From Rickettsia typhi (GTDB lineage Bacteria; Pseudomonadota; Alphaproteobacteria; Rickettsiales; Deianiraeaceae): a stretch of DNA of 64,000 bases. Below, one piece after another: positions 7,565 to 17,210 of the stretch; position 1 is the stretch's first letter; each line of letters starts with the position of its first letter. The stretch lies in the NCBI GenBank assembly GCA_945861725.1, contig CAMAVJ010000004.1, forward strand, positions 30,721 through 94,720, read 5' to 3'. The translations under genes and the position numbers were made by a program. The notes below the pieces were generated by a model. That model searched no databases. It saw only the letters and a program-made list of their open reading frames with translations, and had not been told where the DNA came from.

Positions 7565-9268
7565 TTATTTTTTAACAAGTTCATTGTGGGCAGCTCCGGA
7601 TGGAATCATTGGCATAACATGTTCGTTATCGGAAACAATACAGTTAAATACCACGGCACCATCGTAGGCGATTGCCTCGTTAATTTTTTCTTCAAGTTTA
7701 TCGACCTGAGTGCATGTCATTCCTTTAATTCCAAAAGATTCCGCAAGTTTTTCAAAATCTGGGAGTGAGTCCGTATAGGATTGGCTATAGCGATTTTCAT
7801 AAAACAAATCCTGCCATTGCTTTACCATTCCCATATAAGAATTATTAATTATGAATAATTTAATTGGAAGGCGATACTGGCATATTGTGGAAAGTTCCTG
7901 AATATTCATTAAAATGGATGCGTCTCCGCTAATACAAATAACGACTTCATCAGGATGTGCAACTTGAGCACCAACGGCGGCAGGAAGACCATATCCCATA
8001 GTTCCAAGACCTCCAGATGTTAACCAATGGCGTGGTTTTTCAAATTCGAAATATTGTGCTGCCCACATTTGATGCTGCCCAACATCCGTTGTAACAATTG
8101 GGTTAAAATGTTTTGTCAATTTGTTGATTGTTGAAATTGCATGCTGAGGAAGAATGGCATTGTTTGATTGCTGTATGTATGCAAAGGAGTTTTCTGACCG
8201 CCAATTCTGGATTTTTTCACACCATGTATCAATATTTTGTGGTTTTGCATTTTGCAAATTCCATTCATCCAAAAGTGCTTCCGCAACTTCTTTTGCATCC
8301 CCAAGAAGTTTGATATCAATTTTGATTATTTTGTTAATTGAAACATCATCGATATCAACGTGGATTTTTTTGGAATTTGGAGAAAATTTACGTGTATCAC
8401 CTGTAATTCTATCATCGAAACGAGAGCCAATTGCAATAATCAAATCCGCTTCATACATTGCAAGATTTGCTTCAATTGAACCATGCATTCCAAGCATTCG
8501 AAGGTTGCTTGGGTGGCTTGCCGGAATGGAATCAAGTCCCATAAGGGTGCAAGTAAACGGAAACCCTGTTTTGTTGATAAGCTCAAGTAATGGTTTGCTT
8601 GCATTTGCGTTAATAACCCCACCACCAATATAAAATACTGGTTTTTTTGCTTGTTTCATTAACTCAATTGCACTTTGAATTGCAGAATAATCAATAACAG
8701 AATTTTGACATTTTTTGGCAATAATATTTCGTGGTCCATCATCAAGTAAGCCTGTAAATTCTTGGTTTTGGATGTCCTTTGGAATATCAACTAACACGGG
8801 GCCAGGTTTTTTAGATTTTGCAATCAAAAATGCTTCCTTTAAAATACGAGGAATGTCATTAACATTTGTCACTAAATAGTTGTGCTTAGTGCAGGAGCGA
8901 GTCAATCCAACAATGTCGGCTTCTTGAAAGGCATCAGTTCCAATTAATGAAAGGGCAACCTGTCCTGTTATACAAACAATTGGAATGGCATCCATAAAGG
9001 CGTCCGTTAATGCGGTGATGGTATTTGTTGCACCAGGACCTGAAGTCGCAAACAAAACGCCAACCTTACCAGACGAGCGTGAATACCCTTCGGCAGCGTG
9101 ACCAGCGGCCTGCTCATGACGAGTCAAGTAGTGCCTAATGCTTCCATTGCGAAACAGTGCGTCGTATATTGGTAAAATGGCACCTCCTGGATAGCCAAAA
9201 ATTTCCGTAACATTAAGTTCTTCGTTTAGAACCTTTATAATAATATCAGCACCGGTGAGCATAACCAA
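7565..9268 (-). CDS. ilvB: Acetolactate synthase large (catalytic) subunit, ThDP-dependent
   Basis: 567 aa. Motifs are [44 protein letters not shown], and the ThDP motif [30 protein letters not shown]. No small subunit gene is adjacent. Confidence 0.88.
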   Translation of the reverse strand: MVMLTGADIIIKVLNEELNVTEIFGYPGGAILPIYDALFRNGSIRHYLTRHEQAAGHAAEGYSRSSGKVGVLFATSGPGATNTITALTDAFMDAIPIVCITGQVALSLIGTDAFQEADIVGLTRSCTKHNYLVTNVNDIPRILKEAFLIAKSKKPGPVLVDIPKDIQNQEFTGLLDDGPRNIIAKKCQNSVIDYSAIQSAIELMKQAKKPVFYIGGGVINANASKPLLELINKTGFPFTCTLMGLDSIPASHPSNLRMLGMHGSIEANLAMYEADLIIAIGSRFDDRITGDTRKFSPNSKKIHVDIDDVSINKIIKIDIKLLGDAKEVAEALLDEWNLQNAKPQNIDTWCEKIQNWRSENSFAYIQQSNNAILPQHAISTINKLTKHFNPIVTTDVGQHQMWAAQYFEFEKPRHWLTSGGLGTMGYGLPAAVGAQVAHPDEVVICISGDASILMNIQELSTICQYRLPIKLFIINNSYMGMVKQWQDLFYENRYSQSYTDSLPDFEKLAESFGIKGMTCTQVDKLEEKINEAIAYDGAVVFNCIVSDNEHVMPMIPSGAAHNELVKK

Positions 9269-9429
9269 TTATTTATTTTTCCTGATTTTTCGTCAAATAA
9301 AACCATTGTTGTTAAATTGCAAGTAGAAAATTGAGTTTACAATAATTGGCAAAAACTCCCGTTATTTACATTGTTATGAATATTAATTACCAGTACCAAT
9401 CTGCCACATAAAAGTCACATAAAAACTTC

Positions 9430-9459
9430 TTGACATTCCTAAAAACTTAATTATTAAAT
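9430..9459 (+). promoter_or_regulatory. sigma70-like promoter candidate for the BI-1/erpA/infC genes
   Basis: TTGACA at 9430-9435 and TTAAAT 18 nt downstream, 28 nt before the ATG. Confidence 0.4.
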
Positions 9460-9486
9460 ACATTATAATAATTTATTTATTTTCGT

Positions 9487-10215
9487 ATGAATACATTTTC
9501 CTCATCTTCTTCTTCGGTTGCCAATGCTGGCTCAACTGGTTTAAGGGACTACATGGTCTATGTTTATCAAAGCATGGCACTTGCACTTGGAATTACTGGA
9601 ATTGTCGCGTTTGTTTTATATCAAGCCGTTCTTGCGTCACCAGAACTTGGACGATTTTTATTCCAAAGTCCTTTTAAATTTGTTGTAATGTTTGCACCGT
9701 TTGTTTTAGTTTTAGTGCTCGGTTTTAAAATTGGCTCATTTTCTTTTGAAAAAGCACGCGGGATGTTTTATGCCTATTCAGCACTTATGGGTCTTTCTCT
9801 TTCGGCAATTTTTCTTGTATATACAGGAACGTCAATTGCAAGAGCATTTTTCGTTACAGCTGGAACTTTTGCCGCAATGTCACTTTACGGTTATACAACA
9901 AAAAAAGATCTAACAGCTTTGGGTTCATTTTTAATGATGGCAGTAGTTGGCTTAATTATCGCTTCAATTGTGAACATATTTTTGAAATCATCTGGCATGT
10001 CCTTTGCTCTTTCAGCTCTATCTGTTTTAATATTCACAGGCTTGACGGCATACGATGTTCAAAAAATCAAAGAAACATATTACCACTATCAATCTGGTTC
10101 AATTGATGATGAAACAATTAAAAAAGTGGCAATTATGGGTGCTTTAACGCTTTACATTGATTTTGTGAACATTTTTGTCAATCTTTTACACCTTTTTGGA
10201 GAGAAAAAAGATTAA
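9487..10215 (+). CDS. BAX inhibitor-1/YccA family membrane protein
   Basis: 242 aa with about 7 TM segments. LRDYMVYVYQSMALALGITG and the C-terminal YDVQKIKE..ALTLYIDFVNIFVNLL are typical of the family. Confidence 0.8.
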   Translation: MNTFSSSSSSVANAGSTGLRDYMVYVYQSMALALGITGIVAFVLYQAVLASPELGRFLFQSPFKFVVMFAPFVLVLVLGFKIGSFSFEKARGMFYAYSALMGLSLSAIFLVYTGTSIARAFFVTAGTFAAMSLYGYTTKKDLTALGSFLMMAVVGLIIASIVNIFLKSSGMSFALSALSVLIFTGLTAYDVQKIKETYYHYQSGSIDDETIKKVAIMGALTLYIDFVNIFVNLLHLFGEKKD

Positions 10216-10216
10216 T

Positions 10217-10537
10217 ATGCCCGTCTTACAAGTCTCAAATAATGCCCGCGAAAGATTATCTCAGATTTTATCTGGTGAGCTTTCGCTCCTTATTTCAGTG
10301 CAACCTGGTGGCTGTAATGGATTTTCCTATTCATTTGAAACGCCAAACACGGAGCCACAAAATTCGACAAAAGTGCACGAAAATCCTCCAGTTTATGTAT
10401 CAGATTCCGCAAAAGATATGATATCTGGTAGCGTTCTTGAATATGAACAAAATGATATCGGAACAGCATTCTTTTCCATCAAAAATCCCAATGCAACTTC
10501 AAAATGCGGTTGCGGAAATTCTTTTTCAACTTTTTAA
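10217..10537 (+). CDS. Iron-sulfur cluster insertion protein (HesB/IscA/ErpA family)
   Basis: The start is set at the internal ATG (MPVLQVS..) directly after the upstream stop. It has GGCNGFSY and the C-terminal CGCGNSF cluster-ligand motif. Confidence 0.85.
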   Translation: MPVLQVSNNARERLSQILSGELSLLISVQPGGCNGFSYSFETPNTEPQNSTKVHENPPVYVSDSAKDMISGSVLEYEQNDIGTAFFSIKNPNATSKCGCGNSFSTF

Positions 10538-10542
10538 GTACA

Positions 10543-11058
10543 ATGTCACAAAAAATTCCAAAAAAAAATGATGAAATCACAGCCAGAGAAGTTAGAGTTG
10601 TTGGTAGCGACGGCGAAATGCTTGGTGTAATGCTAATAAAGGAGGCTGTATTTAAGGCAAGATCCGAAGGTCTTGACTTACTCGAAATATCGCCAAATGT
10701 TGAGCCACCAGTGTGTAAAATTTTAGACTTTGGAAAGTACAAATATGATATCAAAAAGAAAGAAGCTGATGCTAAACATAAGCAACACAAGGTTGAACAG
10801 AAGGAGATTAAAATGACTCCAAACATCGGTGAGCATGACTACCAAACAAAGTTTAAACGCATAATGGAGTTTATTACGGACGGTCACCGAGTTTCGGTAA
10901 TAGTACAGCTGAGGGGTCGAGAAAGAGGATCTCCTGAAAAAGCAAAAGAATTCGTACGCAAAATTGAACTATCGCTCACTGAAGTTGCGTCCGTTGTTGT
11001 GCCTGCAAGTTTTAGCGGTAACGCCGGATCGGTAACATTTGGTCCAAAGAAAAAGTAG
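10543..11058 (+). CDS. infC: Translation initiation factor IF-3
   Basis: ITAREVRVVGSDGEMLGVM..ARSEGLDLLEISPNVEPPVCKILDFGKYKYD. The start is set at the ATG after the previous stop. The true start could be a non-ATG codon, as is usual for infC. Confidence 0.88.
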   Translation: MSQKIPKKNDEITAREVRVVGSDGEMLGVMLIKEAVFKARSEGLDLLEISPNVEPPVCKILDFGKYKYDIKKKEADAKHKQHKVEQKEIKMTPNIGEHDYQTKFKRIMEFITDGHRVSVIVQLRGRERGSPEKAKEFVRKIELSLTEVASVVVPASFSGNAGSVTFGPKKK

Positions 11059-11664
11059 CTAAATACTTTTTCTTCCGCTAAATGCTATTTGAAGAGTACC
11101 TTCGTCTATGTATTCAAACGAAGAACCGATTGGCAATCCATGTGCAAATTCTGTGATTTTTACCGCACCTCCATTTGGAATTTTCTTAATTTCTTCAATC
11201 AAGAAATGCATCGTTGCCTGCCATTCAAATGATGATGTACTTGCAAAAATAATCTCAAAAACTTCCATCGATTGAATTCTCTCAAAAAGCTTTTGCGTAT
11301 TAAGATTTTCTGGCATCATTCCTTTTTGAGCAGACAAAAGCCCACCCAAAACATGGTAAGAGCCATTGTACCATAAGCCTTTTTCAAGATTTGCTATATC
11401 CTCAAAATCTTCAACAATACAAACCGTAGTGTGTTCCCTTTTATTATTTTGACAAATCGCACAAAGGCTTTCAAATTCGTTTTTAAATGCAATATTACCA
11501 CAAATTTGACAAGTAGAAATTTCACTATTGATTTTTTCGAAAACTTTAACGAAATCATCAATTTTTGCCTTATTCCTTATGAAATGAAAAATTAACTTTG
11601 CACTAGATTTCCTTGTTAATCCGGGATTTTTCGCAAGACGAATAATGATTTCATCTATTTTCAT
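11059..11664 (-). CDS. recR: Recombination protein RecR
   Basis: 201 aa. It has the C4 zinc finger CQICGN..CAIC followed by the Toprim region VCIVEDFEDIANLEKG..YHVLGGLLS. Confidence 0.88.
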   Translation of the reverse strand: MKIDEIIIRLAKNPGLTRKSSAKLIFHFIRNKAKIDDFVKVFEKINSEISTCQICGNIAFKNEFESLCAICQNNKREHTTVCIVEDFEDIANLEKGLWYNGSYHVLGGLLSAQKGMMPENLNTQKLFERIQSMEVFEIIFASTSSFEWQATMHFLIEEIKKIPNGGAVKITEFAHGLPIGSSFEYIDEGTLQIAFSGRKSI

Positions 11665-12338
11665 TTTTTTTGTAAAACAATAAAGTAATTCACTAATGCA
11701 GTTGGTTCGAAAAAGAATGCTTTTAAAAGTGGATTATAGGAAAACCCTTGCGTTTTGATGTGCATAAAGCTTGGAAGGTGTTGCTTGATGAAACTTGGAT
11801 TGATAAACTTCTTTTCGTTATGAGTCCCCTTTGGTACCAATTTAAAGAGATATTCAGCAGCAAACTTTGCTAAAATAGTTGCAAGAAAGTTCTTATTTAT
11901 TGTTGAAATGATAAAAATTCCACTTGATTTCACTTTTTCACCAGCCTTTTCCAAAAACAAAGCAGGGTTTTCCACGTGCTCAATTATATCATTTGCAAAA
12001 ACGATATCAAAATTATTCCCAGTAAAATTTTCAATTGGAATGTTTTGATAGTCAATTTTAACACCAGACTTCTGTGCGTGTTCAATGGCACAATTAATTG
12101 CCTCTTTTGAAGCATCAATACCTGTAACAAATCCGCCACAATGGGAGAGAGATTCTGACGCAATTCCGCCTCCGCAACCAATGTCCAAAATTGTTTTGTT
12201 CTTAACGCTTATCAGGGATAAAACAAACTCCATACGCAAAATATTTAATCTGTGAAGCATTTGACTTTCAAGAGAATTGCAATCCCACCAATTGTTGTGC
12301 GAAAATTTATGAACTTCTTCGTGGTTAATTGTGCTCAT
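11661..12338 (-). CDS. ubiG: Ubiquinone biosynthesis O-methyltransferase
   Basis: 225 aa. It has WWD near the N-terminus, the SAM motif ILDIGCGGGIASESL, and IFANDIIEHVENP. There is a 4-nt overlap with recR. Confidence 0.82.
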   Translation of the reverse strand: MSTINHEEVHKFSHNNWWDCNSLESQMLHRLNILRMEFVLSLISVKNKTILDIGCGGGIASESLSHCGGFVTGIDASKEAINCAIEHAQKSGVKIDYQNIPIENFTGNNFDIVFANDIIEHVENPALFLEKAGEKVKSSGIFIISTINKNFLATILAKFAAEYLFKLVPKGTHNEKKFINPSFIKQHLPSFMHIKTQGFSYNPLLKAFFFEPTALVNYFIVLQKK

Positions 12339-12577
12339 ATTCTAAAATTGTTTTATTTACAATCGTGGAATATGAATAATGAAAGTTCAAGCTTAATTTT
12401 TCTCCTGTGTAATATTCAATTCCATCGAAATATTCTGCAGTGAAGTTATAACGAATAGTATGCACAAACCCTTTGTGTAATTGAAGTTGTGATAAACGTT
12501 AAATTTCGGTATTTTTTAGTATCAACCAACTGTCGTTTGTTTAAAATACGGGCTGTCAAATCTTAAGAATTTTTTAC

Positions 12578-12606
12578 TTGACAAAAAACATTTTCAACAT
12601 TTGTAT
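12578..12606 (+). promoter_or_regulatory. Promoter candidate for ychF
   Basis: TTGACA-N17-TTGTAT, about 25 nt upstream of the ATG. Confidence 0.4.
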
Positions 12607-12630
12607 TTTCGACACTAAAAAAATAAAAAA

Positions 12631-13728
12631 ATGGGTTTAACATGCGGAATTGTCGGATTGCCAAATATTGGGAAGTCAACGCTATTTAATGCCATTTCAA
12701 AATCAGACATTGCCGCATCCGCAAATTATCCATTCTGCACAATTGAACCAAACTCTGCCAAAGTTGCATTAAACGATACAATTCTTAAGCAACTTGCTGT
12801 TGTTGCAAATTCGCAAAAAATCGTTCCAAATTATCTTGAAATAACCGATATTGCTGGTCTTGTTAAGGGTGCATCTAATGGTGAGGGTCTTGGAAATAAA
12901 TTTCTTTCGCATATTCGCGAAGTGGATGCAATAATTCACCTTGTTCGCTGTTTTGATGATTCCGACATAACTCATGTTGATGGAACAGTTAATCCCGTTC
13001 GGGACATCGAAACAATTGAACTCGAGCTTATTTTTTCTGATATCGAACAGGCAGAAAAGATGCTAATAAAGCATGAAAAAAAAGCAAAAGGTGGTGATAA
13101 ACTCGCAAAAGAAATTTGTGATGCAATGGATCCAGCATTAAAAGTGCTAAATTCTGGTAAAATGCTGAACACAATTAAGGATTCTGAGCTCCTTTCTGCG
13201 TTACAAAAACTCAATTTCATTACATGTAAGTCAAGCTTTTATGTTTGTAATGTCAAAGAAAACGATGCCATAAATGGAAACAAATTCGTTGAAACGGTGA
13301 AAGAATTCGCAAAGAAAAGTGGAGCAAAATGTGTGATGATATGTGCAAAATTTGAGGCAGACATCGCTTCAATTGAAAGTGATGATGAGCGATTTGAATT
13401 TTTACAATCAATTGGATTGGATCAATCAGGTATTGATGCTATAACCGCATTAGCATTTGAAACTTTAAACTTGAGGACATTTTATACAATTGGTCCAAAA
13501 GAAGCCCACGCATGGACATTTCCCGCAGGAGCAAAGGCCCCAGAATGCGCTGGTATAATTCACACCGATTTTGAAAAAGGCTTTATTAAAGCCGAAACAA
13601 TTGGCTTTCATGATTACATCGAATTTGAAGGTGAATCTGGTGCAAGAGAAGTTGGAAAAATGCGTATGGAAGGCAAAGAATATGCTGTTCAACATGGCGA
13701 TATTATGAACTTTAAATTCAACGTATGA
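12631..13728 (+). CDS. ychF: Ribosome-binding ATPase YchF
   Basis: 365 aa. Motifs are [42 protein letters not shown], and the C-terminal TGS domain [10 protein letters not shown]. Confidence 0.93.
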   Translation: MGLTCGIVGLPNIGKSTLFNAISKSDIAASANYPFCTIEPNSAKVALNDTILKQLAVVANSQKIVPNYLEITDIAGLVKGASNGEGLGNKFLSHIREVDAIIHLVRCFDDSDITHVDGTVNPVRDIETIELELIFSDIEQAEKMLIKHEKKAKGGDKLAKEICDAMDPALKVLNSGKMLNTIKDSELLSALQKLNFITCKSSFYVCNVKENDAINGNKFVETVKEFAKKSGAKCVMICAKFEADIASIESDDERFEFLQSIGLDQSGIDAITALAFETLNLRTFYTIGPKEAHAWTFPAGAKAPECAGIIHTDFEKGFIKAETIGFHDYIEFEGESGAREVGKMRMEGKEYAVQHGDIMNFKFNV

Positions 13729-13991
13729 GGTTCTTACTGGGATTAATGTTGTGGTTAATGATTGTTGTCTTAGCATCGTGCCAAGGTGGTGCTTCACGCA
13801 CATACCCATCAAGCTCGTCAAAACACCATATACATAACAGATCGGTAAATCGTCCACATTGGGGGTCTTATCGGGTGTCAAGATTTTCATACTTTTCACG
13901 CAACAGGAATGTTGTTGGCAGTCGTTCACATTATCATCGCGGAAGTTCAATGAATCACTCGCGAAGTCATATCTCACACTTACACCATTAA
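13725..13991 (+). CDS. Small lipoprotein with a His/Arg/Ser-rich low-complexity mature region
   Basis: 88 aa. The lipobox is VVLASC. The mature part is dominated by H, R and S (..SRSHYHRGSSMNHSRSHISHLHH). The ATG overlaps the ychF stop (ATGA). It is GC-enriched (26/60 in line 13741-13800). Confidence 0.5.
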   Translation: MRFLLGLMLWLMIVVLASCQGGASRTYPSSSSKHHIHNRSVNRPHWGSYRVSRFSYFSRNRNVVGSRSHYHRGSSMNHSRSHISHLHH

Positions 13992-14009
13992 CATTAATAA
14001 TATATACAT

Positions 14010-15011
14010 ATGAAAAAAATCATCGCATTGATATTGTCACTATCAATTATTGCATCTTGTTCGGTGAAAATTGCGAATTTTGAGAAATACCAAAAAGCAC
14101 CATTACTCGAACTTGAAGAAATGCCCACAAAGGAGGATCTTTTAGTCAAACTTCCAAGAGTGATTATCATCACAGAAAAATCTGAAACAGACGATGCTGA
14201 ACAAATAAACGCACAAAAGCAGATTAGAAATACCATACTAACGGAACTGCAAACTAAAAAATATGCAAATATTATTGAAAGGTTTGACAGTTCGGCGATT
14301 CAAAGCGAAATTAAAATCGCGGAAATTGAAGGTAAATCAAGCCATTCGTTGAGCTCCGTTGATTACATCATCAATATTGGTGCACCAAATGTAACATTTT
14401 CAGCAAAAACTGAAGAAGATATATTTTTCGTCGCAAGTGGAAGTGGTATTCCTATGAACCGCCCGATGATTTACAAATATAGTTCAATTGTTGATGGTAT
14501 CGTTAAGCTTTACGAGGTTCCAAGTTTGAAAATTGCAAAAATCATCGCACTCAACGGATCCTATCATGAAAACGAAAAAGCATCTTCGACAGGCTCCACA
14601 ACGATTGGAAATATCTCAATCAATACTGGTCAGGCAATACAATCGAAAACAAAAGACACAAATATCACATACAAAGCAATTCAAAATGGAACAAAAAAAG
14701 CTATCCTTGAAATGAAACAATTCTTTAAGAAAAAAGGATTTATTTCTGAAAAACGCCAACTCAAAGATGAAGTTATTTTCTCCATAAATAGAGGTAAAGA
14801 AGACGATTTCCTTCCACAAAAAAAAGTTATAATTGTTCGCGAAGTTGAAATTCACAACGATCTAACGGACGAAGATGAAAAATCTGAAGAAACGATTTGT
14901 TCTGGAACGATTGCCGACAAGGCTTTTGAAAAGACATCTTGGGTCATTTTTGACAAAAAATGTCAAGAAAAAATCCGCCTTGGGGATAAAACTATCATTG
15001 TGTATAAATAA
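14010..15011 (+). CDS. Lipoprotein, function unknown; the N-terminal half is faintly CsgG/LpoB-like
   Basis: 333 aa. The signal and lipobox are MKKIIALILSLSIIASC. PRVIIITEKSE..IRNTILTELQTKKYANIIERFDSSAIQSEIKIAEIEG resembles the CsgG-type pattern. This is a weak by-eye call. Confidence 0.45.
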   Translation: MKKIIALILSLSIIASCSVKIANFEKYQKAPLLELEEMPTKEDLLVKLPRVIIITEKSETDDAEQINAQKQIRNTILTELQTKKYANIIERFDSSAIQSEIKIAEIEGKSSHSLSSVDYIINIGAPNVTFSAKTEEDIFFVASGSGIPMNRPMIYKYSSIVDGIVKLYEVPSLKIAKIIALNGSYHENEKASSTGSTTIGNISINTGQAIQSKTKDTNITYKAIQNGTKKAILEMKQFFKKKGFISEKRQLKDEVIFSINRGKEDDFLPQKKVIIVREVEIHNDLTDEDEKSEETICSGTIADKAFEKTSWVIFDKKCQEKIRLGDKTIIVYK

Positions 15012-15034
15012 AGGGGGATTGAAAAAAAGGGGTT

Positions 15035-16291
15035 TTAGCGAGAAATCAACATAATTGAATATTTACCAATATGATTCATTGTTATTTTCCCATATAGTTC
15101 AAGTTCGCTTAGGCATTCTTGAACACGCGAAACGTCGAGTCTTGTCATCGTGACAACGTCGCTGACGGAAATCGGGTTTGTTGAAAGTGAATTGTATACC
15201 ATTTCAAGATCTTCATCGTCAAAAATCATCTCCTGTTCTCGCTCAAATTGTACACTCTTTGCAATACTTTCTAACTTTTCCAGCTTTTGTGCAGAATTTT
15301 CTGAAATTTGGTGTGAAAATAAGTCACTTTTAAAATCATTCTGTGTGTAATTTTTTACATAAGACTTCGTATGAATTTTAGAATCTCCAATGATTTCAAT
15401 AATATCTTGTGCACAAGTTGTAAAATGTGCCGTGCCATTTTTTATCAAATTATTGCATATTTTTGAACGATCATCCAAAAGATTTCCTGGGTAAGCAAAC
15501 ACCTCCCTTCCTTGTGAAATTGCAATTCGAAGTGTGACCAAAGTCCCAGAAACTCCGCCCTTTCTATTGACTTGACCGATCAAAACTCCCGATGAAAGTC
15601 CTGTTATTATTCGATTTCGCGTTGGGAAGTGATCCGGCATTGCGGGCGTGTTAATTGGAAATTCTGAAAGGAAAAGTCCTCCATTTTCAACTACTTTCTT
15701 AAATAAATCAACATTGTTTCGCGGATATGGGCAGGCGAGACCTGAACCTAAAACTTGAATTGTCCCAAATTTTAACGCTCCATTGCAGGCAGCGGTGTCA
15801 ACTCCATTGGCAAAACCTGAAACAATTGTAATATTTTTCTTTGAAAGATCTTCCGCAAAATTGTATGCAATCTGAAGGGCATCGGCAGAAGCTGATCGTG
15901 AACCAACGATTGCAAATATTTTGTTTTGAAGTAATGCATAATTTCCAAAACTGTACAAAGCCATTGGAAAATCAATAATTTGCTTTAATTGTTGCGGATA
16001 TTCGGGACTTCTTGGTGTGATGATTTTCGCTCCAAAGAGTTGAGCTTCTTCATAAATTTTTAAGGCTTCTGCCGGTTTTAATGCTGGCAAACTTGTTTTT
16101 GATAAAATCTCTTCTAGTGCTTTAAAAACACAGAGGTGCTTGGCCAAATAAACATTGGCCTTTTCGCGTAATTTCCAGAGTGCGATCCAGCAAAGGATCT
16201 CCTCTTTGGAAACGTCCAATGTTATATTCAAAAAATTGAGCAATCCTGTATGGGAGTCGTCCGTTAGAACTTGTGGTTTAATTATTGCCAT
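15035..16291 (-). CDS. dprA: DNA processing protein DprA (Smf)
   Basis: 418 aa. It has the Rossmann-like core AIVGSRSASADALQIAYNFAEDLSKKNITIVSGFANGVDTAA and ..FPTRNRIITGLS. Confidence 0.85.
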   Translation of the reverse strand: MAIIKPQVLTDDSHTGLLNFLNITLDVSKEEILCWIALWKLREKANVYLAKHLCVFKALEEILSKTSLPALKPAEALKIYEEAQLFGAKIITPRSPEYPQQLKQIIDFPMALYSFGNYALLQNKIFAIVGSRSASADALQIAYNFAEDLSKKNITIVSGFANGVDTAACNGALKFGTIQVLGSGLACPYPRNNVDLFKKVVENGGLFLSEFPINTPAMPDHFPTRNRIITGLSSGVLIGQVNRKGGVSGTLVTLRIAISQGREVFAYPGNLLDDRSKICNNLIKNGTAHFTTCAQDIIEIIGDSKIHTKSYVKNYTQNDFKSDLFSHQISENSAQKLEKLESIAKSVQFEREQEMIFDDEDLEMVYNSLSTNPISVSDVVTMTRLDVSRVQECLSELELYGKITMNHIGKYSIMLISR

Positions 16292-16298
16292 TGCGAGT

Positions 16299-17207
16299 TC
16301 ACAAAGTTACTTCAAACAAGTCAACAGTTCTGGTAACAGCAACGCCATGGCGGTATTCAAAACATAACTTTATCAGGCGGTTAATATCAATAATGGCGAT
16401 GTGTCCCGTTTTTTGGTCATCATTGGCAACAGATTTTGCATCTGGTGAAAATGTTGAAGTTGTTATGAAAATTCCCTTTGCTTTAAGTTTTGTAACAACA
16501 TAAAGAAACGCTTGCATATCTTTCGATGAAACAGCATTCCCAGCTTGATACCTCTTCGCCTGAATGTATATTTTTTCCTTAATATTCAACTTATCGCCCG
16601 CAAGAATTGTGCCGTCAATTCCACCGTCTTTGACCCTTTTCCCTCGTGTGCCTTGAACTCCATAGCCCATTTTCACAACAAGTTCTCCGCAGAAATCTTC
16701 AAACTTATCCCATTCCATTGCTTGAAGCTTTGCCTTTAATTCTTCCTCCACGGCGTCCCTCATTTCACCTGCAACAACTTCAATGTCAACGTCGCCTTTT
16801 TCTTCGGTTAAGGTAACATCCTTGCTTAACACGGCAGATTTCACATTCCAGTTTGAACTGTAATTGGGCGAGTTTTCTTCTAAATATTTTATATTTAATG
16901 GAATATTGTTTGTTGTGCAGTCCTCTAGTGCCTTTTTGCCAAGTTCAGTAACAATGTACGACATTTTCCTATTAGGGTCTTTTTCAATATATTCCGCCTT
17001 TGTAAGGAATGTCATTGCCCAGCCAATTCTATCTTGCACTTTCGTGTTACCATTGGAAACGGCTTGATTCATTTCCTCCTCGCCAAGCTTCCATTGCAAC
17101 TGAATTGCATCTTTTAAAGTTGCAAAAACCTCCGTTCTTTTGTATGTTTCGCCTTGAATTTTTTGCAAAACGGGAAGCATTAATTCTTCAAATGTTGGTA
17201 TTGCCAT
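16299..17207 (-). CDS. mrr: Mrr-type restriction endonuclease (Mrr_N winged helix plus Mrr catalytic domain)
   Basis: 302 aa. It starts IPTFEELMLPVLQ. The catalytic region is FEDFCGELVVKMGY..DGGIDG..IYIQAKRY..GIFITTSTFS. Confidence 0.75.
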   Translation of the reverse strand: MAIPTFEELMLPVLQKIQGETYKRTEVFATLKDAIQLQWKLGEEEMNQAVSNGNTKVQDRIGWAMTFLTKAEYIEKDPNRKMSYIVTELGKKALEDCTTNNIPLNIKYLEENSPNYSSNWNVKSAVLSKDVTLTEEKGDVDIEVVAGEMRDAVEEELKAKLQAMEWDKFEDFCGELVVKMGYGVQGTRGKRVKDGGIDGTILAGDKLNIKEKIYIQAKRYQAGNAVSSKDMQAFLYVVTKLKAKGIFITTSTFSPDAKSVANDDQKTGHIAIIDINRLIKLCFEYRHGVAVTRTVDLFEVTL

Positions 17208-17210
17208 AAA

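Noticed and set aside
10479-10826. A 115-aa minus-strand ORF antisense to infC and erpA.
   Set aside because: Both plus-strand genes are strongly supported, and the antisense product has no recognisable features.
13465-13977. A 170-aa minus-strand ORF spanning the ychF 3' end and the His-rich lipoprotein ORF.
   Set aside because: It overlaps the well-supported ychF C-terminus and has no motif, signal or plausible start context. It does lower my confidence in the 88-aa plus-strand ORF.
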